This document shows positions 62,326 through 64,000 of a stretch of 64,000 nt of DNA, in pieces (the first letter of the stretch is position 1; every line of letters starts with the position of its first letter). The notes below the pieces were generated by a model. It was not told the origin of the DNA. It was given only the letters and a program-made list of their open reading frames with translations, and ran no database searches. Made by a program: the position numbers and the translations under genes. The DNA comes from Candidatus Marinacidobacterales bacterium (GTDB taxonomy: Bacteria; Acidobacteriota; Vicinamibacteria; Marinacidobacterales; DATDRI01): the NCBI GenBank assembly GCA_965226495.1, contig OZ245365.1, positions 4,608,001 to 4,672,000 on the forward strand, written 5' to 3'.

Positions 62326-63999
62326 TTACTCTTCCGACGCCAAGGCCAGAAGCCGTGCCCTGGTTTCGGCAGACCAGCCCGAGTGGGCTTCCAGAACGCG
62401 ACCCTCCTCGTCGACGAGAAGAGTCAAAGGCACGGTGAGCTGCGGCGAAGCGTAGATCTTCTCGATGTCCTTCTCATCGAGTAGGACGTTCTTATAGCGG
62501 ATCGAGCGCTCTTCGAGGTAGGAGAGAGCGGCATCCCGCTGCCCGAAATCCAAGCTGATACCGATTAGATCGACGCCGGCGGCGGCGAGTTTGTCTTGAA
62601 GCCGCGACAGCTCGGGCATTTCGACGGAGCACGGGACACACCAAGTCGCCCAAAAGTTAACGACGGTCTTTCGCCCCGGCTTCAAGAGCGAACCCAGCGT
62701 GCCCGAGGACCCCGAGGACGAGGACGGTAACGTTACCACCGACAGATCCGGGAGCGGCTCGCCCTTTCGAAAGGCGAGACTGTGGAATAGTTGTTCCGAC
62801 GCCGGCTCGGGGTCGGGCAAGCTTCGGAGGCGCTCGGAAACCATCTCGACCGTCCCGGCGCCTTCCACCAGCCGTAGGCTTTGACCGGCACGGACATCGG
62901 GGTACGTCTCCACCAAACCGGAAGGCCACGTCACCGTCAGCTCGTAGCTTTCATGCTGGCCCGAGCGGGGGCCGAGCCCGAAGACGAGCCGGGGGTCGCC
63001 TGCAGAAACGAATCCGCTACCCCCGGACTTGATCTTGGTTTGAGTTCCTAGTGGCGTCCGCAGGCGGACCACGGTCCCGAAAGCATCTCGAGCCGACTGC
63101 GTCCCCTCGAGACTCACTCGTATAAAGCCGTTTTCTTGGCCCACGTTGTTCCGATAAAGACGCCGGCCCTCGTTTTGAACCGGCACCACCACCACATCCA
63201 GATCCCCGTCGTTATCGAGATCGGCGAACGAGCAGCCGCGACCATCCCCAATGGAGTCCAGGCCCGAAACACCGGAGATCTCGAGATAGGTCCCGTCCCC
63301 TCGGCTCAAGTACAAACCGTCGCGCTCGAAGCCGCTGAATGACAGACCTTTTTCGAAGATCTCGGTCATGTGGTGGTTCTGGTAATCGGTATTCCCCGGC
63401 TGCTCGACTTTAGCCGCGGACGCCACCACGTGGCGCCAAAAGAGGCTTCAGGTGTCTTTCATGGTCTTGCCAGACACGAAGCCGTTGACGGAGAAGACGT
63501 CTTCCCAGCCATCGTTGTCCAAATCGAAAAAGCCGCCGCCATATGCCCAACCGGCGCCGAAGCCTCCGGCACGCTGCGCGACGTTCTTGAACGTACCGTC
63601 ACCCTGGTTCTCGAAAAGAGAGTTGCCGGCGGCGAGTTTCTTGAGAACCACTCCATCTGGGGTGGCGTCGGGCATGAGCCTTTTCAGAATCCGATTGCCC
63701 GCCGTCGAGGACATGTTCGTTACGTGGAGGTCCAAATCTCCATCGTTGTCATAGTCCCCGAAGGAGACACCCATGCCGTTTCCCGGATCGACGACACCCC
63801 TTTGCACCGCCTCGTCGCGGAAGTGGTCACCGTAGTTCACGAAGAGCGCGTTTTCGCCGAAGTCATTGCTCACGTACAAATCCTGGCGACCGTCCGCGCT
63901 CACGTCGGCGAATGCCGCGGCGTAGCCCCAACGCGAATCATCGACCCCCCATTTCGTTCCCTCTTCCCGGAAACGGCCGTTTCCCTGATTGATAAAGAG
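62326..63999 (-). CDS. CRTAC1/FG-GAP + ASPIC-UnbV + TlpA-like thioredoxin protein with an in-frame TGA (candidate Sec); 5' end outside the window
   Basis: DxDNDGDLD repeats on both sides of TGA 63450-63448 in one frame; FGLG and V.WPSG; NFWATWCVPC. Confidence 0.85.
63412..63447 (-). promoter_or_regulatory. Candidate bacterial SECIS element
   Basis: UGA-AGCC-UCUUUU-GGCGCCAC-GUG-GUGGCGUC-CGC-GGCU; apical loop starts with GU, 18 nt after the UGA. Confidence 0.65.
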
Positions 64000-64000
64000 A

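Overview
This is a GC-rich bacterial chromosomal window. Gene content points to Acidobacteriota (inferred): a PadR + ADOP permease pair, Ser/Thr kinases with TolB-like propellers, DUF4388 proteins and a VPS10/BNR glycosyl hydrolase. Most of it is housekeeping or accessory metabolism: gcvT-gcvH-gcvP, a nitrilase, peptidases, hydantoinase B, a KamA-like radical SAM enzyme, an SSS symporter, a Spy/OmpR/sensor kinase module and comEA-pseudopilin-spoVG. No rRNA, tRNA or CRISPR array was seen. Most notable: (1) a CRTAC1/ASPIC-UnbV + thioredoxin-like gene with an in-frame TGA followed by a well-formed bacterial SECIS-like hairpin (candidate selenoprotein); (2) two divergent DUF222-like HNH endonuclease genes sharing a ~200-nt upstream element, plus a palindrome found inside one HNH ORF and dispersed behind unrelated genes (candidate HNH-linked mobile/repeat system); (3) a highly structured leader and possible ATC start upstream of the KamA-like gene; (4) a GspE/PilB-like protein with degenerate Walker motifs; (5) three families of short dispersed repeats, one inserted in-frame in a regulator; (6) many gene remnants and 1-bp frameshifts. 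All calls come from visual motif recognition; no database searches were run.
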